Positions 48,846 to 58,965 of a DNA stretch of 64,000 nt are shown piece after piece. Positions within the stretch are counted from its first letter, which is position 1, and each line of letters begins with the position of its first letter. Below the pieces are notes generated by a model that was not told the DNA's origin, ran no database searches, and worked only from the letters and a program-made list of their open reading frames with translations. Source of the stretch: a virus; the IMG/VR virus record IMGVR_UViG_3300050015_000600, positions 1 to 64,000 of that record; one strand, given 5' to 3'. The translations under genes and the position numbers were made by a program.

Positions 48846-49244
48846 ATGATAATGTCTGAAATAGACAAGATAAGATTTGGGTTTGTAAAGCCTAAGAAGC
48901 CTAAAAGTTATAAACCGCCAAAGCGTAACAAGATGGCTAAAATTGAGAGTATCGAATATATACAAGAACAAGTAGCTGAATATTTTGATATTCCAATTGA
49001 AGAATTAATCGGGCGAAGCCGAAAAAACGAATACATGATTCCACGGCATACTTCTATCGCGTTATGCGATGCTTTGCTACCGCACACAATGGTATGTATA
49101 GCAAGTCATCACGGCGACCGCGACCACGCAACTGGCATTAACTCACGTAAACAGTCGGAAAACATGATATTCACTGATCCGACATATCGCAAGCAGTTCA
49201 AAGAACTGAGAACAAATATAGAAATTTATTTTGGTATAAATTAA
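48846..49244 (+). CDS. Stand-alone DnaA C-terminal (domain IV) HTH protein
   Basis: IQEQVAEYFDIPIEELIGRSRK..MIPRH...IASHHGDRDHAT. Confidence 0.85.
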   Translation: MIMSEIDKIRFGFVKPKKPKSYKPPKRNKMAKIESIEYIQEQVAEYFDIPIEELIGRSRKNEYMIPRHTSIALCDALLPHTMVCIASHHGDRDHATGINSRKQSENMIFTDPTYRKQFKELRTNIEIYFGIN

Positions 49245-49359
49245 ACAAAAGAAAATAGTTCTTAATAATAAATAGTAATTAACGTTAATCCTGTGTTTTG
49301 GTACCTACCCATAATAATGAAATATAATGATACAACTGAAGCCATAAACACCTCAAATA

Positions 49360-50723
49360 ATGCTAAAGCACAGGATTTTTTTTGAGAGAAGAAAATTGAC
49401 AGTTAAAGATTTTCATATTACATACCAAATCCCGATCACTATAGTAAACTATGCTATAAAGTCGGGATTGTTGTATATCAGGGATAAGCACATCATAGAG
49501 GATGCCAATTTTACACATTTCCTTGCCCATAGCGAGCTTTTTACTGCACAAAACGTAAGAAGTGATGTCCAGGAGTTCTGGAGACGCTGTGTGCCGATTC
49601 ACAAGGATAATAATTGTAAAATATATGACCACCGCCGGAAGACAGGACGTAATTATTTTACTGTTTTTACCCGCGATGGATTGATTGAAACTTTTACTTC
49701 GAAAGTTATTGCTAAGAAATGGGCGAAAGCTCGCTTCGCTAAGCCAGTAAGAAAGCACAAAATATATCACTTGGCACTTACGTTAGAACAAATGGATTGG
49801 ATTATTACCTCCGGCAAGTGTGCAACACGCCAGGATATAATTGATAAAGTCAGCTATTATTACAATAGACAATTAGAAAAGAATAAATTAGAAGACGAGG
49901 TAGAGAATGCTCCCAAATAGGGTAATAGATGCAACACGAGTATTATATGTTGACGAAGTGCCATATACTATAAATCATACTTGGGGTTACAGTATGCCTT
50001 TTACCGACAAATTGCCTAATAAAGGTATTCAAATATTAAACCTTATTGGCACAGTTTTATACGAAACAATTTACGAATACTATGGTACAGTATGCGTAGA
50101 ACCGCCCTACGAAGACAATGATTATTTAAGGAATATAATAATACAAGCGCACATTAAAGAATCTGATATATTTTAAAGAGGTAGCAAATGAAAGAATTTA
50201 AAGTAATAGTCGAAAATGACACGCAATGTAATAACGAATGTTGCGGTTTAGTCAAAATACCGTCAGGCTACATCTGCGCGGTTTATGAAAACGAACGGTT
50301 AAGCTGGTTCGAAGAAAAGTTTATCGCTGGCAATGGCGTAAGTAGATGTCAAAGTTGTTTAGAATGTTTTGGAGATGGAGAATAATGTTAATAGACATAT
50401 ATCAAGACAGATTGCCAAAGGATATAACTTTGGATACCGTGGTCTATACTGCGGTGCTCTCAGGTGGCGACGAAGTGTTACAACATGATAAAGCATGGGA
50501 AACGCCCGAAGAATGCAGAAGCAAATGTTTTTGGTTCCAACAAATGCCTGATAGGGTTTCTCCGGTTTCTATGACATTTAAAGAATTTCTATTGAATACC
50601 TCTATGGGTATGAATCCATTTTACTCACTTGGGAAAATGGAAGTAATGGCTCGTTTCGGTATAAGCGTAATGCAAACTCTTTTAAAAGAATTATCTTTAA
50701 AAACTGACAGCTCTACTTCTTAA
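49360..50723 (+). CDS. Four hypothetical genes (49360-49920, 49907-50176, 50188-50385, ~50385-50723)
   Basis: Co-oriented, coupled ORFs. Confidence 0.5.
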
Positions 50724-51078
50724 CAACTTCCATCCAATACAAATTAACTATAATTTCAAACGTAAAGTTCTTATCAAAGACATCAGTTAATTGTTTGAAA
50801 GAATAGAGAAATTTCTTATAAGCCCCCAAACTAAATATACGGGACGAAGTCGTTGATTTTAAATGGAAGATATATTTACTATCCATAAGATCAATGACTT
50901 TGTCCGTATTTATCTCAATCCTCTTGGCCATACACCTCAAAATATCCGAGTTGGTTAGATTCTCAAACCCAAAGAGTTCTATATAATAGTTCTTTATAGC
51001 GTCAAACCTCTCCCAAACATACTTTGGCGCATAGAGCGTTTTAGCCCTGATATTCCGCTTTACTTTGGCACTAGCCAT
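50713..51078 (-). CDS. Hypothetical basic protein
   Basis: 121 aa, coupled to the upstream gene. Confidence 0.5.
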   Translation of the reverse strand: MASAKVKRNIRAKTLYAPKYVWERFDAIKNYYIELFGFENLTNSDILRCMAKRIEINTDKVIDLMDSKYIFHLKSTTSSRIFSLGAYKKFLYSFKQLTDVFDKNFTFEIIVNLYWMEVVKK

Positions 51079-51802
51079 TGATAATATTCAATGTTTGTTC
51101 CAATCCCTTCGTATATCTCCACAAAGCCTTCAAAACCATATCTTTGTCTATCATATCCTCGTCATGTGTACTATCCCAGATTTGTTTACATCTCGGACAC
51201 ATAGTCACAGGAATACCGGTTAGTATTTTTATAATATGATTGCCGTAAGGCGGTATCGGTTCTTTGCCGCAGCAACAGCAGTCCTGGCTTATAAACCAGT
51301 CAAAATCGCTTAATTCGCAATTAATAGGCATAAAATTATTCAACCTAGTGCGAATCTGCTCTAATATTAAATATGCCTCTCTCTTAGTATCCTCCGCGTC
51401 ATACAATTTCTTCGCCTCCGCCGATATTATTTTCCAAGCCTTGTCTAAATTTTCCATCTTAACACTTACCTTCTTAATATTGTATCCATATACTTTATGT
51501 TCTAAAAATTGTTTTACTGTCGGGAATTCCGACTCTAAAAATTCATCAAATAATTCAGTTATTCCTCTATTGCTCTTGCCTATCCATAAAGCATAGTTAT
51601 ACTCATGGTGGCCACACTTATACTTTTGCCGGAGAACGTGGTTGTTCAAGCCCATCCGTTCTCTGTCGGCGATTACATTCTTTGATATTAAAAATAATGC
51701 TTCTAATTTTGTGTATTCCGCTAGTCTTAAACTATCCTCTAAGCTAGGCGTTTGCTGTACATAAGTCTTTGCGTAATTCCTTACTGTCATTCTTTTGGCC
51801 AT
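51071..51802 (-). CDS. Hypothetical protein with a C-terminal Cys-rich, degenerate HNH/DUF968-like domain
   Basis: WFISQDCCCCGK...H...VTMCPRC; AAGGAG SD. Confidence 0.5.
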   Translation of the reverse strand: MAKRMTVRNYAKTYVQQTPSLEDSLRLAEYTKLEALFLISKNVIADRERMGLNNHVLRQKYKCGHHEYNYALWIGKSNRGITELFDEFLESEFPTVKQFLEHKVYGYNIKKVSVKMENLDKAWKIISAEAKKLYDAEDTKREAYLILEQIRTRLNNFMPINCELSDFDWFISQDCCCCGKEPIPPYGNHIIKILTGIPVTMCPRCKQIWDSTHDEDMIDKDMVLKALWRYTKGLEQTLNIING

Positions 51803-51826
51803 CTGATGCTCCTTTCGTTTGGCTGT

Positions 51827-54800
51827 TTATTCCTGTTCTTTTTCTATGTATTCTATGTTCCCTTCCGCATCTTTTTTGATTGTAAAGAACGGATTGCTTT
51901 TTTGTTGTCCTTTTTTCTCCGGCTCTGCGATGCCTTTTAACTTCTTGTTCATTTTGTCCAAAGCGTAATAATAACCTTTCTCGTTTTCATTTTTATCCGA
52001 TAGCGATGATTCGTTGCCGTCTTTATCTACTAACACGGGTTCATCAAATTTTATACTGCCGGCGTCTATGCCTAAATTGTATCTTTCCGCCGCAGTCTTC
52101 ACAAGCTCAAAACTTGCTTTGCTTTGATAATACTCCGCCGCCCATTTAATAAGTTGCTTGGTATATGGTAATACTTTCTCATCTTTAATAGACGGCAGTT
52201 GCCCGTATCCGTGCGCCGCTGTCGCTACTTCGTCTTTGTGATTCTTAATATATTCCGTTATCATTAACTGACTATGCTGAATATACGGAGTATATGCCAT
52301 ATCTATAAGTCCTGCCCCATTTTTCATGTCCTGCGCATGAGCTAACCAATCTTTGTCTTGTGTCATCTGTGCTATCAACGCACCTTTTTTTAATGTTGTT
52401 TTGTATGTCAACATAGGCGCGGTTGCTATATCTGTTAAGTATGTTATCTTTTGTTCTTCGTTTGTTAATGGATTTTTCGTATTAAAAGCAGTGTCCGAAA
52501 TATCATATTCGTTCAAACTTTGTCCACCGAACATATCAGCGAAACCATCCGCAAAAGTGTATGGAATGTTTACTGTTTTGCCATTGACAACCTTTTGTAT
52601 AGGGTTCCCGTCTTTATCCATCTTTATTCCTGCTATAGCCTGTTTCGCTGTATGTATAGAATATTTCAATATCGTTGGCACGAAGAAACCTTCACTTGCC
52701 TTGCCAATAGCCTGCCATACGTTTCCGTCTTTATTTGCTTTATCAAAATCCTTGACGAATTTTTCAAATTGCCCTGGTAATACAGGTGTGAAATAACCAT
52801 ATACTCCCGCATTGTCTGATAGATTGACACCACTCAGCACGCTAAATATACTGTACTTTATTATTTTGTGAAATATACTATAAGCATCCTCCGACATTCC
52901 CATCTCTAAAGCTATTTTTTTTGCTTCTTCTTCGTAATGCTCTAATTTCGTCTGTGCTGTAGCCGACCATTTGCCACCATTCATAAATAGTTCACCGGTC
53001 GCAAGCATAGTTGTTATCTCTGTAACGCCTATTACGGCTCTCGCGCCACCTATCAAAGTTAATGTTCCTACTGTAGTCAATGCTCTGCCCGCACTTGTAA
53101 ATAATGTCGCCGTCTTCTTTAATCCGCCATCTGTTAATTGGAAATCTATAATAGGTTTTCTAAATATCTGATACCAATTAAATGTTTGATTTAATGCCGG
53201 TTTAGTAAGTAACAATAATGGTCTTGTAAACATATTCCCAGCAATCAGTTTAGTTATCGGTGCTATATCATAATTGCCGTATTTGCCATGTGCTAAATCT
53301 GATGCTAAAGCACCCCTGAAGACTGCCTCGTCGAGCCAGTCTTGGACTTTGCTGAACCCGCTATTCTCAAATGAATTCTCTCTCATCCAATAACCGGATG
53401 CTGTAGCCGCGGTAGCGGAACGCATATTTAACTCACCCAGCTTCATTGCGAAGAATGCTGTGTGTATAGCGTTGTCTATCCATCCTTGAGCACCTACGTT
53501 ATGTACAGGATCAATCATGTAAATATCACTATGCAATTGATTCTCCCAAACGCGCTTAACAAGCTCGTGAGAGCTTATGTGCGGATTACCTTCTATTGGA
53601 TTAAATACTTTGCTTGGACGCGGTTTATTGGCCTCTATAGAGCCATATTTCGCCATTCCTCTCCATGCTCTCCCCGTGTTAGACAAAGAGTTTGCAAAGA
53701 AGTTCTTGCCATGACTGAATAAAGAACCGCCAATAATGTCTTTTGCTAAGGCTTGCCCTGCTAAACCCATTACTACGTTCTTCACCGGAGCACGGAAAGT
53801 AAAAAGCAATTTAAAAGCAGTACCCATTGCTAGCATTTGCGACACTTGTCCAAAGTCAACAGTAATACCTTTGAATATTCCTTTGTAATCACCCTTTTTG
53901 TCATCCCATTTGGCTGGCATTTCGTATTGCCCTGTCAAAAAGAACTTATTTGCCGGAACCGACGTACTATTTATTATTTGCTCCAAATATGCATTGTAAT
54001 TATTATTAATGCCTAATATATTTTGCGACTGCAATTGTTTTATAGCTTCGCCGTTCAAAGCATGCGAAGTTAAAGACGATTTAGCATTGTCTATAGTTGA
54101 CGTACCTGTGTCTATTACATATTGGTATATATCATGCGCGGACATCTCGTCTAAGTTTAATATTCTGAAGTTACCCGTGCGCTGGTTTATCGGTCTGCGT
54201 GTCATACTGCCAAATATAACATCGTATAGCCATTTGTTTCCATACGCAATTATGTTCTCTTTTTGCACTAACTCTTGCAGTCTTTTAATTTGTTTGTTAT
54301 TCTCGTCAATATGTGCAGATATTTCAGGATCGCCGGTTTCTCCTAGTTCTATCATCGGGTCTTGCTCCGCTTCTAATGTTGTTATCATTCCGGTGATTTC
54401 TTCAATGTCCTGCGTATCTATCGGTGTTTTTTTTGTCACTAATTTGATAGCCAATTGCTCGGCTTTTTGTTTGTTAGTTATATATTTTAACTTCTCTTTT
54501 GCTATATTACGGACATAGTACGAGCGCACCTCGCCGGTTTCTTTATTTTCCCAAAACCCTGTATTTGGTGTTTCCATAGGTGTAAAACCATCACGCGTTA
54601 AATATCCTCGCGCTTTTTTATCAGCCGTAACACCGTTGTTATCGTATATTACACCTTTGTACGGCTCAGAGCCGTCTGCTGTTTGCCTAATAGATGTGCG
54701 TACATACTTACCTTCGGAATTTAATTCTACCGTTCGTATGATTGCTATATTATATTTCCCTTGCGACACCGTGCCTACTACGTTTTGGTATGGATTGTTT

Positions 54801-57800
54801 GCCATATCGTCTATACGCTCTATGTTGCGCAACCCTTCATTCAATTCTAATAAATCACGCCTGCCGGATAGTATCATCTTTTTTGTAACTTTTATATCCG
54901 CTTGTATGTCGTCTATCTTTTGAGTATTATTGGTTCTTTTTGCTTCTCTTTGGTCATTACGTATTGCGCGTAAGTATTCCGAATATTTATCCAATTCTTC
55001 ATTTAACTTAGATTTTGCAGCAGATAGCTCTTTTTTCATTTCCGGTAATTTTGCATACGGTACGTCAAGTAATCTCCAGCTCTCCGCTTCCATTGTAACA
55101 TTTTGCAAAGCACGCTGGTAAGCATCGTACAACGGTTTTTTTAACATTAAAACACCTATTTGCGCCTCTGTTAATGATTCGCCGTCAACCTTTGTGTTCC
55201 GTAGTATGTTAGCCTGCCCCTCAGGACTGTTTAATTCTGATATGAGTTTATTTGTCGCTTCTGTTCCGGTTAATACCGCGCCATCCTCGAGTGTGTATGT
55301 TTGCGGTCTAAATGATAAATCTCTCAACTTGCGTAAATATTCAACATAACCGTTGCTCAAAAATGCCATTTCCTTTTTACCTGATGTCTCCATCGCGCCT
55401 AATGCTTTTGAACCTACGGTTTTTGTACCTGTTGCTTTGATTAAAGCATGATAAGCCTCGTCAACCTTTTCGACTACGGGTGTTAATTTGTTTAGTGATA
55501 CATCTATGCTCCTATAAAGTTTACTTGGCATAGGTAAATCAAACAATCCTTGATTTACTTCATATTGTGCATATTGCGGGTATCCAGCTGTTATAGAAAA
55601 CTCTCGTGCCGCTACACCAGGAAAAGCGTCAAATATCGTTGTGCCTACCGCTGTTTGTAATTTATCTAATTTCTTTGCCGTTGCTACCACACTTTCAAAA
55701 TTCGGCGCGCCAATACTTTCAGGATGTTGTGCCGCGGATGACATAGCAATATCATTTGGTATAGTTGTCCTGCCGTATTTGTATTTTGATTGCATAACTC
55801 TACCTTTTATGAAGCTATACGCCATACCGCCAACTATCAAAGCACCAAGTCCTATTATTGCTACCCCGCCTATGCTGGCTTCATTTGTACCATCGTCATT
55901 ACCATACAATTCATCTAATATACCCGCCGTCATTAATCCTATGCCGGCCATAGATTGTACATTATTAGCGTATATAAGCGATTCTCCGGCGAAGGCTACA
56001 GCCAAGCGGTCTTCTACCCATTCGTTAAAAGGCTGTACAGGCTCTACTTTTTCGTCAACGTTATTAGCATACTTCTTCCAATCTTTTAACCATTGCGGGT
56101 TCTCTGCTATTATCTGCGCTTTCACAGCTTCTTGGTCGCCGCGCATCCATGTATTAAGTTTCTCTACACTCCAACTTTTTGGTACGTCCGAAACAATTGG
56201 CTTCTTCTTCGCCTTTGGCTTCTTCGTTTCCTTTGCTACTTCCGCCTCAGCTTGCACGGCTAATTCTTCTTCCGTAGGCGGTGGTGCGTCCTCTAACATG
56301 TTATTGTCTTTAATAACCAATACTTCTTCGTCGTAATTTTTTGCCATGGATTTAATATTACTACGAACCTGTTCCCCCTTGCTGCGTATTTCCGCATCTG
56401 TTGAATTTGCAAACAATGGGCGAAGGAAAGTCATATATTTCTCATCCGACTTGCTTGGCTTCTTTTGTGCTACGATATACAACGCTTTGTCTATATCGCT
56501 TTCAAACTCTAATTTGAATAGATTTTCACCATATCCGTACCTTGGCTTTGCTCCGGTTAGTTCAGTAGATAATTTCTTGCCTTTTTGGTTTACAATAGCA
56601 GGTTCCTCTGCTTTAACCTCCGGCGCAGGAACCGCACTGTTATCTGTAGGTAAGGCTTCAGGCTTGGCGATAATTGAAGGTGCCGTATTCTCTACAGCGG
56701 TCATTTGAGCCACAGTAGTCGCCGCTGTGCGTATTTTAGCGTCCGCGTCTATTTCTATGTTGTTTAAAGTCGAAGGCACCGCCTTGCCGTCTGTACCGGC
56801 AAAAGTATCCTTAGAATAAAAATCAAACAAAGCGTCTTCAATCTTTTTACTACCCGCAATACTATACATACCGATAGTTTTCTCTAACCAATTATCGGGA
56901 AATGTATTCTGTATGCGCGTCCTAACAAAATCAGTAACGTTTTTAAGTTCTACCTGAGCGACAAATTCCTCCGCTTTAGTGACCGATTCGCCATTGATTA
57001 TTTTGTCGTGTATGGAACCATCAAAGCCGTCTTTTATAGTAGCCGATATTGGCAGATTATCCATATTAAGCATATTAAATACTTTTACGATAGGTACTTT
57101 CTCGCCAAATATCTGCGTAGCCGCTAATTGCGCTTGATGAGCAAACTCTATCTTAGCCTTTGTGTCTTTAGCTTTTGGCGCATCGCCTTCTTTTACAGCA
57201 CTTAAATCCGTATCTTTGAAGCCTGCTACCCATTCCTTGCCTAGCTTACCTCCAGGTTTCATACCATCTGCATTTATCTTTGTCACCATCTCTTGTATAG
57301 CCGGTACATCAGGCTTAGTTTCTACCGCTACGGGTGCCGGAAGATTGCCTGCTTTAACTGTTTCAGCTATGCGCTCTACAGCATTCTTAGCTTGCACAGG
57401 CGCGTTTTTAGCTATATCAACAATATCCCTATTGCTAATTATAATATTACCATTTGCTTTTGGCACGTCAGCCAATTTAGTATCTAACTCCGCATCCCCA
57501 GTAGGTTTGTAAGGTATAGCAGATACACCGTCTAAATCTATTTTGTTTTCTATTATCCATTTTGAACGATTTTGAAACGTCGGTGCATATTTATTGATAA
57601 AAGCCGGCACTTGTGCCGCTAAATGGAACCCTATTCCTGCCGCGGCTGTCAAACCCGCTACTTTAGCACTTTCTGTAGCCGCTTGCTGGTCACTCCCGCC
57701 GTTATCTTTAATCATTTTATACGTAGCACCGCCAACACTTGCCATGTTGGTTGCTTGTTCTGCAACAAAAGCCTTTAAAGCAGGATTCGCAGTGACATTT

Positions 57801-58960
57801 TTTAGGATATAATTACCTATAACAGGACTAACCATATTCCCCGCACCATATATTGCCATCAAAGCCGGAGCTTGCGCGCTGTCTATATATCCTTTATTTA
57901 CCATGTTTTCGACTTGCACAAAGTCAACACCGTTCTGTACGCTTGCTTGTATGATACCGCGTAAAACAGGCGACGCTTCTCTGAAATAACCGCCTAAACT
58001 ACTGCCTGCAAAAAGCGAAGTCGCTAAATCACCTACCATTTCGCCTTGCTGACCTATCGTCTGTTGCCCTAATGGATAGTCGGGCGATTTACCTGTAAAA
58101 TACCTTGCTCCGGTACCTAATAAACCTGTTGCAAACGTTTCCGCCTTTGAAGTTGGTCTATTAAACGAGTTTGGTGCCACTCCTGTTGGTGGAATATACA
58201 TAGACGAAGTTCCGTGCATAGCCATTCCACCCGCATTTGTCCAGCTATTCAACGCTACCGGTTGGAAGCTACCATCTTTTTGCGAATGCGCTATCGGATA
58301 AGGCTCCCATTTGCCATTATTAGCCCTATGCAAGCCTCCGGCTTCATCTAAATGCAACGTGTTATCTTTTATGCCCTGTTGTACTATCGCTGGGTCTAAG
58401 GGCTTTCCTGCCGGATATAATGCTTCAGGGTCTGCTATATTAGCTGCTCTTTTGCCTGTGCCTTGTGTTTGAGCCATCAGTAATTTACGCTCGGCTTCTT
58501 TCACTTTATCTATCTTTTGTTCTTCAATAGACTTTGGCATTGTAGCAGGTTGGTTTTGATATTGCTGTTTCGCTTCTGCTTGGTACGCCGCACCCTGTAA
58601 ATTCTCTTGTAGAGTCTTGCTTTGTGTTATTTGCGCTTGGTCAAGCGTCGGCTTCTTACCCGTCTTGTCCAGCATGGCGCGCACAGGGTCAACCTTAGGC
58701 GTAACTGGTGCTGTCGCTACCGTGCCTGCGTTCTGTGACTTCTGCAAAGGTGCTGTGTATGGTGCTTGCGTTACATTGCCATAGCTCGGATTAAGATATG
58801 TCCCTTGCGTGTTAGAAGAAGAAGGCGTAGGTTGTACGCCTTGCTCTTTAGCGTTAAGTGAATCAATAATAGCATTTGCTTTTTCGTATTCGTATTTGCC
58901 TACACCATATTTTAATTGGTCAACATCCGATACTTGTCCTGGTTTTATTAATGGTATCAT
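51827..58960 (-). CDS. Large virion cargo/ejection protein (2377 aa)
   Basis: P/Q/A-rich N-terminus, Gly-rich hydrophobic segments (e.g. IGGVAIIGLGALIVGGMAYSFI), coiled coils; last of four cargo-type genes. Confidence 0.6.
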   Translation of the reverse strand: MIPLIKPGQVSDVDQLKYGVGKYEYEKANAIIDSLNAKEQGVQPTPSSSNTQGTYLNPSYGNVTQAPYTAPLQKSQNAGTVATAPVTPKVDPVRAMLDKTGKKPTLDQAQITQSKTLQENLQGAAYQAEAKQQYQNQPATMPKSIEEQKIDKVKEAERKLLMAQTQGTGKRAANIADPEALYPAGKPLDPAIVQQGIKDNTLHLDEAGGLHRANNGKWEPYPIAHSQKDGSFQPVALNSWTNAGGMAMHGTSSMYIPPTGVAPNSFNRPTSKAETFATGLLGTGARYFTGKSPDYPLGQQTIGQQGEMVGDLATSLFAGSSLGGYFREASPVLRGIIQASVQNGVDFVQVENMVNKGYIDSAQAPALMAIYGAGNMVSPVIGNYILKNVTANPALKAFVAEQATNMASVGGATYKMIKDNGGSDQQAATESAKVAGLTAAAGIGFHLAAQVPAFINKYAPTFQNRSKWIIENKIDLDGVSAIPYKPTGDAELDTKLADVPKANGNIIISNRDIVDIAKNAPVQAKNAVERIAETVKAGNLPAPVAVETKPDVPAIQEMVTKINADGMKPGGKLGKEWVAGFKDTDLSAVKEGDAPKAKDTKAKIEFAHQAQLAATQIFGEKVPIVKVFNMLNMDNLPISATIKDGFDGSIHDKIINGESVTKAEEFVAQVELKNVTDFVRTRIQNTFPDNWLEKTIGMYSIAGSKKIEDALFDFYSKDTFAGTDGKAVPSTLNNIEIDADAKIRTAATTVAQMTAVENTAPSIIAKPEALPTDNSAVPAPEVKAEEPAIVNQKGKKLSTELTGAKPRYGYGENLFKLEFESDIDKALYIVAQKKPSKSDEKYMTFLRPLFANSTDAEIRSKGEQVRSNIKSMAKNYDEEVLVIKDNNMLEDAPPPTEEELAVQAEAEVAKETKKPKAKKKPIVSDVPKSWSVEKLNTWMRGDQEAVKAQIIAENPQWLKDWKKYANNVDEKVEPVQPFNEWVEDRLAVAFAGESLIYANNVQSMAGIGLMTAGILDELYGNDDGTNEASIGGVAIIGLGALIVGGMAYSFIKGRVMQSKYKYGRTTIPNDIAMSSAAQHPESIGAPNFESVVATAKKLDKLQTAVGTTIFDAFPGVAAREFSITAGYPQYAQYEVNQGLFDLPMPSKLYRSIDVSLNKLTPVVEKVDEAYHALIKATGTKTVGSKALGAMETSGKKEMAFLSNGYVEYLRKLRDLSFRPQTYTLEDGAVLTGTEATNKLISELNSPEGQANILRNTKVDGESLTEAQIGVLMLKKPLYDAYQRALQNVTMEAESWRLLDVPYAKLPEMKKELSAAKSKLNEELDKYSEYLRAIRNDQREAKRTNNTQKIDDIQADIKVTKKMILSGRRDLLELNEGLRNIERIDDMANNPYQNVVGTVSQGKYNIAIIRTVELNSEGKYVRTSIRQTADGSEPYKGVIYDNNGVTADKKARGYLTRDGFTPMETPNTGFWENKETGEVRSYYVRNIAKEKLKYITNKQKAEQLAIKLVTKKTPIDTQDIEEITGMITTLEAEQDPMIELGETGDPEISAHIDENNKQIKRLQELVQKENIIAYGNKWLYDVIFGSMTRRPINQRTGNFRILNLDEMSAHDIYQYVIDTGTSTIDNAKSSLTSHALNGEAIKQLQSQNILGINNNYNAYLEQIINSTSVPANKFFLTGQYEMPAKWDDKKGDYKGIFKGITVDFGQVSQMLAMGTAFKLLFTFRAPVKNVVMGLAGQALAKDIIGGSLFSHGKNFFANSLSNTGRAWRGMAKYGSIEANKPRPSKVFNPIEGNPHISSHELVKRVWENQLHSDIYMIDPVHNVGAQGWIDNAIHTAFFAMKLGELNMRSATAATASGYWMRENSFENSGFSKVQDWLDEAVFRGALASDLAHGKYGNYDIAPITKLIAGNMFTRPLLLLTKPALNQTFNWYQIFRKPIIDFQLTDGGLKKTATLFTSAGRALTTVGTLTLIGGARAVIGVTEITTMLATGELFMNGGKWSATAQTKLEHYEEEAKKIALEMGMSEDAYSIFHKIIKYSIFSVLSGVNLSDNAGVYGYFTPVLPGQFEKFVKDFDKANKDGNVWQAIGKASEGFFVPTILKYSIHTAKQAIAGIKMDKDGNPIQKVVNGKTVNIPYTFADGFADMFGGQSLNEYDISDTAFNTKNPLTNEEQKITYLTDIATAPMLTYKTTLKKGALIAQMTQDKDWLAHAQDMKNGAGLIDMAYTPYIQHSQLMITEYIKNHKDEVATAAHGYGQLPSIKDEKVLPYTKQLIKWAAEYYQSKASFELVKTAAERYNLGIDAGSIKFDEPVLVDKDGNESSLSDKNENEKGYYYALDKMNKKLKGIAEPEKKGQQKSNPFFTIKKDAEGNIEYIEKEQE

Positions 58961-58965
58961 AATAA

